From Selaginella moellendorffii (taxonomy: Eukaryota; Plantae; Lycopodiophyta): a stretch of 64,000 nucleotides of DNA. The notes under the pieces are model-generated. The model had not been told where the DNA came from and did not search any database. It saw only the letters and a list, made by a program, of their open reading frames with translations. A program made the translations under genes and the position numbers. Positions 39,062 through 51,000 of this stretch are shown piece after piece (position 1 is the stretch's first letter; the number at the start of each line of letters is the position of its first letter). The stretch is from contig NW_003314271.1 of assembly GCF_000143415.4 (NCBI RefSeq), forward strand, positions 3,029,913 through 3,093,912, read 5' to 3'.

Positions 39062-39610
39062 TCAGTAGGATGGCCTAAAAATACCATATTCATCACTTGT
39101 GGATGTAGGATTTACTAACGGAATATTATTCCTCACCATGAAATGATAATGATTGTGTGTTCTTAACTCTTTCTTGATTTTCTTATACATCCATTTATGC
39201 ACACCTTCCACACCAGTTCTTGGGCAGTTGTGACAGTGTTCTAGAAAAGTTTCTAGACCCATACAACCTTTCGTTTTATCTAAATAAAAGTAGCAGATGG
39301 GACACTGGAGATAATATGTGTTCATTTTTTCAAAAGTTTCAACCATATCGGGAGCAAGATCTTGAAGAAACATCTGGCATCGCTCTTGAAGCACATGAGG
39401 CAATCCATCTTTAGTAGCAACATCTAGAACATTATCTGGAAGAGGGATCTCTTGTTCAGTCACACTTGGGGCTACAAAAGAAAAAGCCTCACAACGATTG
39501 ATGTATGGAGGGAACGGTGGAATGTTGGTAGAAGTTGGAGATGGAGGTGGAGACTCATATGAAATGCATGGGGGCCAAGTGTGAGTAGCAATAGCATTTT
39601 CCCTAGCCAT
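39062..39610 (-). CDS. Small zinc-finger protein (zf-XS-like), paralogue 1, 182 aa
   Basis: Intact ORF: YLQCPICYFYLDKTKGCMGLETFLEHCHNCPRTGVEGVHKWMYKKIKKEL; the frame is conserved with paralogue 2. Confidence 0.75.
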   Translation of the reverse strand: MARENAIATHTWPPCISYESPPPSPTSTNIPPFPPYINRCEAFSFVAPSVTEQEIPLPDNVLDVATKDGLPHVLQERCQMFLQDLAPDMVETFEKMNTYYLQCPICYFYLDKTKGCMGLETFLEHCHNCPRTGVEGVHKWMYKKIKKELRTHNHYHFMVRNNIPLVNPTSTSDEYGIFRPSY

Positions 39611-39868
39611 TCCTACACTCTAAACAAACTGAAATTTCAATGTTGAAAGCATCCCTTGTTGGTATTTATACTAAGAAAAGATCTAGGGGTTCTTGAAAGT
39701 GTAAATTGTCAGTCTTAAAAATGGGACTTCAAAATTATAACAGTGTCAGGACCACTTGTATATATAATAATATCTTTATATATGCTAGAATAATATCATT
39801 CTCGAAAATATAAGATTCTCCACTTTACTCATAAAGAATTAACCTTTTGAAAAAACTATGCATGACTT

Positions 39869-40435
39869 TCACATTACATTAAAGGGTGGCCTAAATATCC
39901 CATATTCAGCACTTACTGATGCAGTGTTCACCAATGGAATATTATTCTCCACCATGAAATCATAATAGCTGTGTGTTTTTAATTTTTTCTTGATTTTCTT
40001 ATACATCCACGCATGCACACCTTCCAAACCCGCTCTTAGGCATTTGCGACAATGCTCAATAAAATTTACCAAACCCATGCAACCATCTGTCTTGTTTAAA
40101 TAAAAGTTGCATATAGGACACTGAAGATAATATGTATCTACATTAAGCTCCCCTGCCATATCTGGAGCAAGATCTTGAAGAAAATATTGACATCGCTCTT
40201 GAAGCATTGGAGGCAATCCAACTTTTTTAACAACATCATAAGGAAGGAGTTTTTGTTCAGTTGCACTCGAGGTCGCAAATGGAAGAGCCTCACAACAACC
40301 CTCAAAATGAAAAGGAGGATTGTTGCGTAGAGGTGAAGGTGGATTATTAGTTGAGATTGGAAATGGAGGTGGAGACTCATATGAGAGGCCTTCGGGACCA
40401 AAAGTAAACTTCTTCCTAACTATTGCAACACACAA
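39869..40435 (-). CDS. Small zinc-finger protein (zf-XS-like), paralogue 2 (true start uncertain)
   Basis: YLQCPICNFYLNKTDGCMGLVNFIEHCRKCLRAGLEGVHAWMYKKIKKKL; shares SYESPPP, LQERCQ.FLQDLAPDM and NNIPLVN...EYGIFRP with paralogue 1. Confidence 0.72.
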   Translation of the reverse strand: MCVAIVRKKFTFGPEGLSYESPPPFPISTNNPPSPLRNNPPFHFEGCCEALPFATSSATEQKLLPYDVVKKVGLPPMLQERCQYFLQDLAPDMAGELNVDTYYLQCPICNFYLNKTDGCMGLVNFIEHCRKCLRAGLEGVHAWMYKKIKKKLKTHSYYDFMVENNIPLVNTASVSAEYGIFRPPFNVM

Positions 40436-40978
40436 GAAGAATTAAACTTCCTAGCAATAAGAATTCTCTCATTAATATACTATATTTCAATCTCGGGAAT
40501 GATGTTTTATTATGACATGACACTATAGTGAATGATAATTGTCAGTCTTAGTAATTACAACCTACTATGAGAAACAAGTGGCTATAGGGTTTCAGAAGTT
40601 AAAAACTAGCATATAATTAATATGTAGCCTTATTTTATATAGTTGGCCTGCCATATATAATAATAACGAATATACACAGGCATGCGAGTATGCCTTTTTG
40701 CAAGATTACCTTTCAATCCCAAAATCATATATAGATTTAATTCTTTGATTTGTCTACATCATATATCTTTGCAAAGACAAAACATATCAAAAGGAATAAG
40801 ATATATATAAAAAACTTACATTTTTTTATAATATTTTAGTGGATTACAAAAGCCATTGAAAGGTTTATAGAGTGGATTTATTAGTGCTTTCTGCTGTGCT
40901 GTCCATTTCTTCTTTTCTCTTGCTCTGGATTGTTGTTTCAGAAGTAACAGGAGCATTTTTATCAATTATTGATAAAAT

Positions 40979-41025
40979 AATGTGGAGACCATTGTCACTA
41001 TTATAGTGACAATGGTCTCCACATT
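40979..41025. repeat. Perfect 47-bp palindrome
   Basis: aatgtggagaccattgtcactat-t-atagtgacaatggtctccacatt. Confidence 0.95.
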
Positions 41026-42489
41026 CCCGGATGGGTAATAAGGACTAGGCGTGTAATATGGAGATTGTGGTAGTGAAACAAAATTCACATTCTCACATTT
41101 CTGTATGCTAAAACTACTTACAGATTTTTTGTCTTCCTTGCTTCCCATCTCTGTAAACCCTAAAGAATGAACGAGTGAATTAGTGTTTCGAATTATTTAT
41201 ATATTTTTGGTCAATTGTTGAAATGTTAAAATGTTGAAATGTACAATAGAAATTTTCCGGTTCATTCGAACTTCAATATTCCCATTTTATTTGGGACCAA
41301 TAAAGCCCAAAAATTTCTATGGGTTCAGACGAACTTCTAATTCTAGAAATTGTATAAACTACATTAGAAAGTTTCAAAAAATAAAAATCTCTCTGAACCA
41401 TTGATACTTAAACTCATAAATTTCAAGTTCACCAAAAAATAACATTTTTCTGACTTAATATTTCCTTATAAAACTTATCGTTGACTATGTTGACTAGCAT
41501 TGACTTGAGCTGAATTGAGCTCAACTCAACTTTGGACCATCCCCTTGAGGAACACATGCTTTGGGCTTTCACCCTTAGCTTCTCTTATTCCCTTAGTATC
41601 AGGAGTTAGTCTCTAAGACAAGCGTGAAACTTATTAAATATAGAATAGCACTAGATTGTGAATTCGGGAGTAAGAATAACACTATAGGGTTCAAGACACT
41701 TTCTATATTTTGTAGATATGCCTCTTGGGTGAATTTAGACACTTACCATAAATAGCTTATGGATCCAGAACAGAACCAACACATAAGCCATGATAGTGAG
41801 GGTGTTTGACAAACACAATAAGCTATCATGTAGCAATATTGAAAGACTAGACTCAATACATAAAGGTTCTTGCCAAGTTAGTGCAAGACAAAGCAAAAGA
41901 GAACTAAAAGCTAAGCCAAGAATACTCAACAAGAAACACATCGGAGTACACACTAAATACAGATACTAAGCCCAATTTAATAACACTTGGACAAAAGGGG
42001 CTATTGAAAGGAACCAATAGTACCAATCTCCTGCCGTTATAGCAATAAAGAGAGAGTGCTTGTAAAAACTGGCCAATAAGTATCTTTCGATACCTAAAGT
42101 CACATTCACGACACTCTTCCCCCCTTAGCAAAGACTAGTGTCCTCGTCAATGTATACCCAAGTCTAGCAAACCATTAAAGAAGCAACTCCAAAAGTTAAC
42201 ATAAAGCACATTATGTGGGAAACACACTGACTTAAATGAGTTATGGAACTACCTCTCCTTTATGTCCAAAGACATTAAGACTTAAATACCCTCTAGCCAT
42301 CACTGACAACGAAATGATTAATAGAGTGAGCCACCCTTGCTGCGCTGAGTACCACTTGGTTTACAAAGGAATGATATATCCCTATCTGCAAGGACATAGG
42401 GAGGGAGCCAAAGGCCCAACTACCCTGAGCAAGAAATCAACCCCCTCAAGAAGATTTAGAGAACTATTGTAAACTAGCAGATCAAGTTG

Positions 42490-45085
42490 TTTACACTACC
42501 ACACCCCTTTCAATAATCCTCAACTTGAGCATTCAAAACACTTCCTTGTAAATCTCGAATCTCTATCCAAGTCATCTTTTTGGGAAGACCACAAACCCGT
42601 ACTACTTCATGGAAAAAAAGCTTTGCTGCTTGTTTAGCATTTATTGTTTTCATAGTTGGAATGAAGTGTGCAATCTTTGACAACCGATTCACAACCACCA
42701 TCAAAGTATCATAACCCTTAGACTCTGACAAGAAGTGACGAAGTCAAGTGTCAAACTCTGAAATGGCCAGGCCGATGCTGGAATGCACTACAACTTCCCA
42801 GTCTGCTTCTTAGTTCTTTGCTTACATTGCTGATATATAGGGCAAGAATACACATAATTTGTTATATCACCTTTCATACCAGACCAAAAAAATCTCTTTT
42901 TCAATGAAGCAATTGTCTTTTGTTTTCCACTATGTCTCACTACTTGAACATCATGATGTTCCCACAGAAACAACTGCTACAGTTCCTTAGAGGGAAGTTA
43001 CAATCTTTCTTGCTTATAGAAAATAAGCCCATCTGGAACTAAGAAGTGAAGTTTCACATTAGTATGATTAGCAACTTTTGCCACTTTGCTAGCTTCGACA
43101 ACTCTGTACGAAGCAAGATTGCCTTTGGTAACGGATCACTTTCATATAAAGCTTGAACATCCTCTAACCAATCCAAACTAATTGTTGATATTTCCCGAAA
43201 TTGAGCTTGGTGACTTAATGCATCCAGAACAATATTATCTTTACTAGGTTTATAAATGATTTCAATATTGATTCTAGTGAGTTTCTCTTGCCAACAAGCC
43301 TACTTTAGCATAAATTTTTGGCTATGTAGAAAAGTAGCTCAGTGTGTTACTATCTATATAAACCTTAGTATATCCACCCAAATAGTGTCTCTAGTGTTCC
43401 AACACCAACACTATAGCAAACATCTCTTTCTTATGCATAGGCCATCTTTGTTAGGTTTCATCCAATTTTTGGAATAGAATGCAACGGGACAACTGTGTCA
43501 CCTTAGCATAACACCAACTGCATTATCACAATCTTGCTATAACACGGCACCTATAGCATAGCCAGATGCATCACAATGCACTTCAAAGGGTTTATCAAGA
43601 TCTGGGATTCTGAGAACAGGAACCATAGTCATGATCTCCTTCAATTATATAAAAACACGCTAACAAGTTGGTGTCTAATGAAATGGTATACTACTTTTCA
43701 TTAACTCAGTCAATGGAATAGCAATTCTTACAAAATTGCAGACAAACTTGTGATATTACCTGTTAAACCGAGAAAGGAATGAACATCCAATACAATGGTT
43801 GAAACTTCCTAGGATTTCACTACTTCCACCTTCTTTGGATCCACTTCAATTACATCACCACCAACTAAGAAAGTTCACGTGCAATTGTCCTAAAGTGCAT
43901 TTACTTTCTTTAGCATACAGTTTGTGTTCATGCAACTTCTAAAACACCAGCTCTAAGTGTTTCAAATGATCCTCCAATATTTCACTAAAGATTAGAACAT
44001 CGTCAATATGTAGGACAATAAATGTGTCTAAATAATCTCTAAATATTCTATCCATCATTGTGTTAAACATTGTCGGAGCATTGCATAACCCAAATGGCAT
44101 AACAAGGAACTCATAAGATCTATACCAAGTCTTAAACACTATCTTCTCCACATCCTAATCTGCCACCCATATTTTATGATACCCAAAACGCAAATCAAGT
44201 CATGTAAAATACTTAGCCTTTAAGAGTTGGTCAAACAAGTCATCAATGCGAGGCAAAGGATAACTATTTTTTATTATGATCTTATTGAAAGCTCCATAAT
44301 CGATACACATCCTCATGGTTCCATCCTTTTTTCATAACAAAAAGGACTAACACTCTATAAGGTGACTTGCTTGGTTGGATATGAACTTTGTTAAAAAGCT
44401 CTATGAGTTGTTTCTTGAGTTCATCCATCTCTTTGATGTTCAAATAATATGGAATTTTTGTAGGTGTTTTAGAACCTGAAACAATCTCAATCCAATGATC
44501 AACCTCACGGCTAGGAAATAGCTCTAGTGGCAAATCCTTCAAAAAGATATCATAATTCCACACCAACAACTTCAATATCTCCTTTGGTATAGGATCAATT
44601 TTGTTACCGATTTGAACTGAGTCACCATCACCCTTAGCTTCCATCACTTGACAAAAGGTTTGACATCCCCTCTTAGTTACTTTTTGAGCGGCTCTCTGTA
44701 AGCTATAAATTTTTCCTTTCTAATTTGCTAGCTTACCTCGTCTATTCGACCACCATGGCCTTGACCTTAGTTAAGTTCCCTCACCAAGGTTCCAACCTAT
44801 TATACTAGCTCCTACTTAGCCCTACTTGGTTTTAGCAACTCACTGCATGAGCAACAGAGCATTATCCATCCATGGCTTCTCAAATCTCTCACAATCCCCC
44901 TCCCTAGGTTAGATTGGACTTGAGGTTTGGCTACACTCCCCACAGGCATATACATTACCACATACATTAACAGATCAATGTTTGTATTGACTGTGAGAAA
45001 ATCTTGAGGAAAGTAACGAAATTAACTCACCTCCTCTTCCTCATAGCCTGCATTGACCAACTCGTCAACCCTTTATCTTCACCAC
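42490..45085 (-). pseudogene. Ty3/gypsy pol remnant (PR-RT-RNaseH-integrase order)
   Basis: PSKSPY..VLFV.KK, YEFLVMPFGLCNAP, LHIDDVLIFS, FEVHCDASGYAIGAV, integrase HH-CC region, [15 protein letters not shown]; many stops. Confidence 0.92.
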
Positions 45086-48000
45086 TGTCGCGAATGTGAC
45101 TTCGGGTATCGAAAGTTACCTGTCGACCAGTCCTTACGGACACTCTTTCCTTACTGCCACGATGGCAGGAGGTCGGTATTGCTGGACCCTTTATCAGCCC
45201 CTCTTGTTCAAGTGTTAGTAAACTGGACTTTGCATCTGTACTTGGCCGGATGAGCATAAGGACGGAATTCCTAAGTGTCTATTCAGCCAAGCATACTTGG
45301 CCTGGCTTTTTAGTTCTCTTTTGCTCTGTCTTGCACTGGCTTGACAAGAACCCTCGCGTATTGAGATTGGTCCCTCAATATCGCTACATGATAGCTTACC
45401 GTGTCTGCCAAACACCCTCGCTATCATGCCCTTTGTGTTAGTCTCATTTCGGTCCCAAATGCTATTTATGGAAAGTGTCTAGATCCGCTCATTTGGCATA
45501 TCTACGGAATGTAGAGGTCGGCCCGAACACAATGGTGTTCATCCCGTGTCCAAATTCGCAATCTAGGGACATTCCATATTTAGTAAGTTTCGAGCTTGTC
45601 CCAGAGACTAACTCTTGATACTAAAGGAGGCTTGGGGTGAAAGCCCAAAGCGTGTGTTCCTCAAGGGGGGGGGGGCTATGGGGGGTTCCAAATGTATAGT
45701 AGGGATAGTGGGTAGGTCGGGCATGGCCGACCAACCTGAGGCATAGTCTAGCTCCCGCTTGCGTGCCTGTCCTTGTTCTGCGTCCGGCTTGGGTCTAAGC
45801 CCAAGTTCCATTCCATGCTAGTTGGTGGAGTACCCATATCCTCACGTTAGGCCACCGGTATGCCGAAATAGCGCCAGACTCCGTTTGGCTCCGTTTTGCG
45901 TGCTGGTCCTGGCATTGGTATGCTAGTTGCTCCAGGACTGTTCCAAGTCGCTCCGGGCTCCTGTCCCTTCGCTCCTTGGGCTATATGCTCGGGAGTTGCT
46001 CCGTGGTCCGGTTCCATCACTCCTTGGCGTCACGCTTAGGAGTTTGGCACCGTTCCTTCGTTCAGTGGCCCAAGGCCCTGAACCTCGGGTTCCTATGGAC
46101 ACGTGGCATGGACACGTGGTATGTGACACGTGGCATCTGTCACGTGGCACAAAGAGGGTTTAGGTTCCGCTTCGTGGTGTTATCCTATGATAAATCACCA
46201 TAGGATAAAGGGTCAAAACCACGTGCGCTACATTTGGTATCAGAGGATGAGTCTCAGCGAGTACTATTCAATGAGATTGGGCAACTAGTCTCGTTGCATA
46301 CGCAGAGATGAAAACGATGATCCGAGTGGGTACACGTTTTGGTGCAAAGACTTCGCATTGGTTCCTTGGGATAGGTTTTGGTTACCTTTTTGTTCCATAT
46401 TATGTGAGCTTGCTCTCGGGCTCATAGAGTGGACTGAGTTGTTCTGTTACACGAGTTTGCGCTTGGGCTCGTGAGTGAGGCGCATTAGCAACTCGAGGTT
46501 ACACTTTGAGTTGGCAGGATTAATGTTAGCCTATCGTTGGTTCCATAAGTTGTTCTAGTGGTTCCGTGAGTTGTTCCTTGTACCATGGGTGAAAAGCAAA
46601 CCTCCCTGGGTTTGCTATGAGTGGCAAATAGGCTGGTCCGTAGCTGTTTAGCACGGCACTAGTGGATCCTTCCTAGGTATGATTATAAGTGGATCAATCA
46701 AGACTGTAGGGAATAGTCTATTGGTTCAAGTAATCATTGCCGTGCTCTCTTATAAACTTTTCTTCGATTGAACTGAAGGCAGTGCGAAAGCAAGTTTGAG
46801 GTTTGGTCAAAGATGAGACCGAAAAGAGAGTCATCGGGGACGGAGGATCAAACACGTAAATCATTTTCTCTTCTTGGAGAGATGATTTGCAACGAGGTGT
46901 TAACTCATTACTTGTGTTCACATCATGCAATCAAGAGTCCCTATCTTGACGCATGTTGGAGATGGTGGTTTTACAATAGTGAGTTATGGGATGGATAGTG
47001 GTGAAACACTAAACCATTTTATCTAGGCTCGCTATTGGAAGACTTGGGTTGCAATGCTCAATTCTTTTCCGGAGAACCTTGCTATTGCTCCTTGAGTAGC
47101 TTGGTGTTGGATTAGTGTTGAGTTTGGTCGGAAAGAGAGTAGCATGAGCTTGTCCGTGTTGTGAACAAAAGTTAGTGGTGTTGGGTGTCGTAAACCTCTA
47201 TTGGTGGAGTGTGGCATTTATGTTGCATTTTGTCGAATCGAGTTGGCATTTGATACTCACATAAATGTTTGAAGTAATGACATAGGCATTGCTCATTGCG
47301 TTACTCAATTGATGATCAAGTCATTGTGATGCTTATATCATATCCATGTGATAAAGAGCAATGAGTTTACGAAGTTGCTTGGGTAAATGATGATCAACCC
47401 CAAAGTGGTTGATGGAGAAGCTAGTCTACTTGCACGAAGTAGCATTGTAGTAGCTTTGACTGGATTCTCAATGGTGGTCCATTATGCTAAGCTTAAGTTG
47501 GTACCTTGTTTCCTTGAGGGTTTGCCCATAAGGTGTTGGGAATGGGTTGTAGCATTCATTTGCTATAGCTCATCTGTTGATCCGTTAGCACTTGGAGTAG
47601 ATTGTTGGATGGAGAAGATGTGTAGTTGGGGCATTGACATCACTAGCACTTGTGTTAGTGGAAGTGGCATTGTTGATTCGAGTGATGAGGAATTTTCCTT
47701 AGATCTTTTTTTCCATGTCATTTTTCTTGTTAGTGTTTTGGCTTCACATTGGATCTTGAAGGTGATTGAAGAAGAGTGTTAGTGCAATATGGATATCCGA
47801 AGATGTGGTCTTCGTGATCAAGCCTTGGATGTTCATTTTGCACTTTGCGGATGTTGGTGTTGGATATCGGAAAATGGGCAAAGATGTTCGATGCTTAAGC
47901 ATGCTATTGGGTCATAAGAATCTGTGTTAAGGTGAACCTATGTGAAGTTGTTTGTAGGATGAAGTTGGTTGAGTCTTGAAAGTTTGCAATCCTGGACTGA

Positions 48001-51000
48001 GAGTCATTCTTTCTCTAGGATGGAAATTTTCCACAAATTTTCTTAGACTTTTCCAATGGCTGATCTATTGATCATTTTGTCCGAAAACCATTCCATTTTC
48101 GAAAGCCAGTACAAACTAGTGAAGAGGTTGGAGTTGACTTCGGTTGGCTTAGATCTTAGTAGGTAGTTTGTATGATATGGCCCGAAAGGGATGCTAACTT
48201 TTGAGGCTAAGGCAATTAAGTTGGATAGAGTCTAGAGTTGGTATAGAAAAGTGGCCGTTGCACTTTTCTCAGAAAGGTGACCCTTGTACCTTTCTTTTGT
48301 AGCGTTATGCTTGGTGGCAGGTTGCACCTTGCATTTCATTAGACTCTATGAGAGTAGTGAGCTCTCACTGATCTTGACTTGGTCTTGGTGGCCCTGCGCC
48401 TTGGCTGAGGATGGTGATGTCCAATTTAGTTGTTTGAAGTTGAGATGTTGGTACCCGTACTATAGCTTTGTCTATGAGGAGGTTGTGTATTGATATGAGT
48501 CCATCTCATGGTCTTCACTTTAGTTTCGACTGAGTGTTGATCACATAGCTAGCCTCTTCAAGGCATGCTCAGAACTATTGACTAAAATGCATTAGTGAGC
48601 TTATTGCGGTTGAGTTGGATTCGAGTGGTCATTTAGTTTGTGCTTGTCTATGAACTTTTATCTCATACTTGGGGTATTATGTTCATGTTGGACAAGTATG
48701 TAACTTGATGACAAGAGTTGGTGTTTGGGTCTTATGAAGGCAAGTTGAGGAGTGATTGTTAGTTGCTTTGTGACTAGTGATTACTTGTAGACTTCGTCAA
48801 GGACCGTTGACACTTACTTTGCTCGATGATGATTTAGCAGTGATGGGCTTGCTTTACCGGATGGTGTTGCGGAGGATCGTGTCATTAGGCTGGCGTGGTT
48901 TTTCCATGTTGGCATGTCAATTCCTTTGTCGATATCATTTGGTTACGTTTGGTCTATAATGTTGGATTTCATTGAGTCTTGGACGTGGTGATTCACTCCT
49001 TGAGGAAGTGTTATCTGTAACTGAGTATTGTTGGAGGATTGGTCTCGGATACTGACTAAGGTATCTTCGACCTTGGTTAGCTTGGTTGCTAGAGAGCTTT
49101 GGGTGGTGATTCACTTATGCTTTCTTCTAGCTTTGTTCTAGTGTTGATAGCATTGAAGTGATACCTTGTCGTTGACATTGTTGATATTGAGATCTGAGTG
49201 AAATGAGATATCCTTCCAAGGATTGATATTGAGTTTCATTAGTCTTGATGAATATAGTGTTGATGATTTGGCTATAGCTTTGTGTTGTTGGCATTCGTGC
49301 ATTTGCTAGTTAGCAACTGTGTTGACGTTCAAATGAACTGAGTGGCAAGTTGAGTTAGTTGTGTTCTAGACGAGATTATTTAGTAAGGGTTGAGCTTTAA
49401 GCTTGTCCTTGAAAAGTGATTCAGTCGTGGACTATGCTAACTCTACAAGCGGAAGAGTTAGTGATCAATATTGGAAAGTTTGAATCCTTATTGGGTTTGA
49501 ATTCGAATATATTGATCATTGATGATTCGTCTTGTACTTGTTATGACGTGAGTTACGTCTTGCTGTAGATGGATTCATGGAGGATCGGTTTGGTGATCAC
49601 TTGTTGAACATAGCTCCATTGTGCTTGGCTTTTGAGTGATGCAAATCTGCTCTTCATTAGCTTTGCATTATGAAGTATAGCTTATGGATGTGTTAAAGCG
49701 GATGTCGTGGGTTATACCATGATTTCTCTTTAGCATTGATGTTAGTTCATGCGAGACTCGTGATCATTATTAAGCAAGACTTGGCTATAGGCTTCTTCGA
49801 TCTTTGGTTCTTTGAGTTTTATGCTCATTGTTCCATTTGTTAGAAGTTGTTGGGGAAGGCATTTTGGCTCATTAGCTTCGATGTTGAAGTTGGCTTTGCA
49901 TCTGGCAATCATTGGTGATGATTGACTATTATCTAGGGTAGTTGATTGTCCTTATCACAAGTTTTGTTTGATTATTGTTGGTTTGGAATTATTTGCTATT
50001 CTTCGGGATGGTAGGTTCTTTCTTCAACGATGATTATACATCACTACATTGATGGGCTAATTGACGATCTTTCATGATAGTTGGTTGTTCTCTTTGATGG
50101 CTTTTGGCTTTTCGCAATACCACATGTTCTTTGTGGTTTGCTTTGGTTTGGTCTCTTGGGCTTGAGATATCAGTAGGATGTTGCTACCACTTGCTTAGGC
50201 AACTTAAGTTCCTTGGTGTTGTTGGCTGGGATCTATTCAGATTGGCTTTTGTGATAGTTGGCAGGCATGAGTGTTTGTTGGTCTTACCACATTCATTCTC
50301 TTCTGTTGATCGTTGCTCGAGTTAGTTTTGATAGATTTGAATGTTATTTCCTTTGGGTGATACATTCGCGAGCATTGTGCTTGTTAGTCAATGATACTTT
50401 GTGTTCTTTGAGTTCTCTCTAGTAAGTTGTTGGCTTACTGTCTACTATCTTCGGTAGTTAAGTTTCATCATTGAGTTTCCTTGATGATATACTAGCTATT
50501 GAATTTTGTTGGATGGTCATTCCTGTGTTTGCCAAATTATGATGATCTTGGTGGTTCCTATCTACAATAATACTAGTTTATCGGATGATAACTTATTTGG
50601 AATACATTTGTGTTCTCATCTAAGCTTTATTCACTGATAATTACATCTCTAAGATATCATTGTTTATGACTTTGATATAGTCCCTATATATTGATCTTTG
50701 CGTTTGGGCCAGTATAGGCAGACTGGCTTCGGCACTTCGTGTGCATGGTGAAATCTCTAGTCATGGGGTAGCTACTGTCGACTGGTCACATAACCCGCCT
50801 CTTTGTCGATGTTCCTTATTCCGTTGAAAGGGCGTGACCGTGTAAACAACTCTAAACTGCCTGTTTACAGTAGTCTATCTAAACCTTACCGACGGGTTTG
50901 GTTTCTTTGCTTAGGAGGGTTGGGGCCTCTGGCTTCTCTCTCTATGTTCCTGCGGGCAGGGGCATATCACACTTTTGTAAGCTGGGTGACTCCCAGAGCA

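Larger units (their letters stand above)
29681..41540 (-). mobile_element. Mutator-like DNA transposon (MULE) with cargo genes, ~11.9 kb
   Basis: Short imperfect TIRs (TGGACCATACTTGAG at 29687 vs reverse complement TGGTCCAAAGTTGAG ending 41539); TTGAGCTCA subterminal repeats; flanking 9-11 bp duplication ctttgagga/ccttgagga inside a family C LTR; left end confirmed by the decayed copy ending ~20081. Confidence 0.85.

Noticed and set aside
50760-50800. tRNA-Met-like snippet (ggggtagct...cataacc)
   Set aside because: No T-arm or acceptor stem; too weak to call
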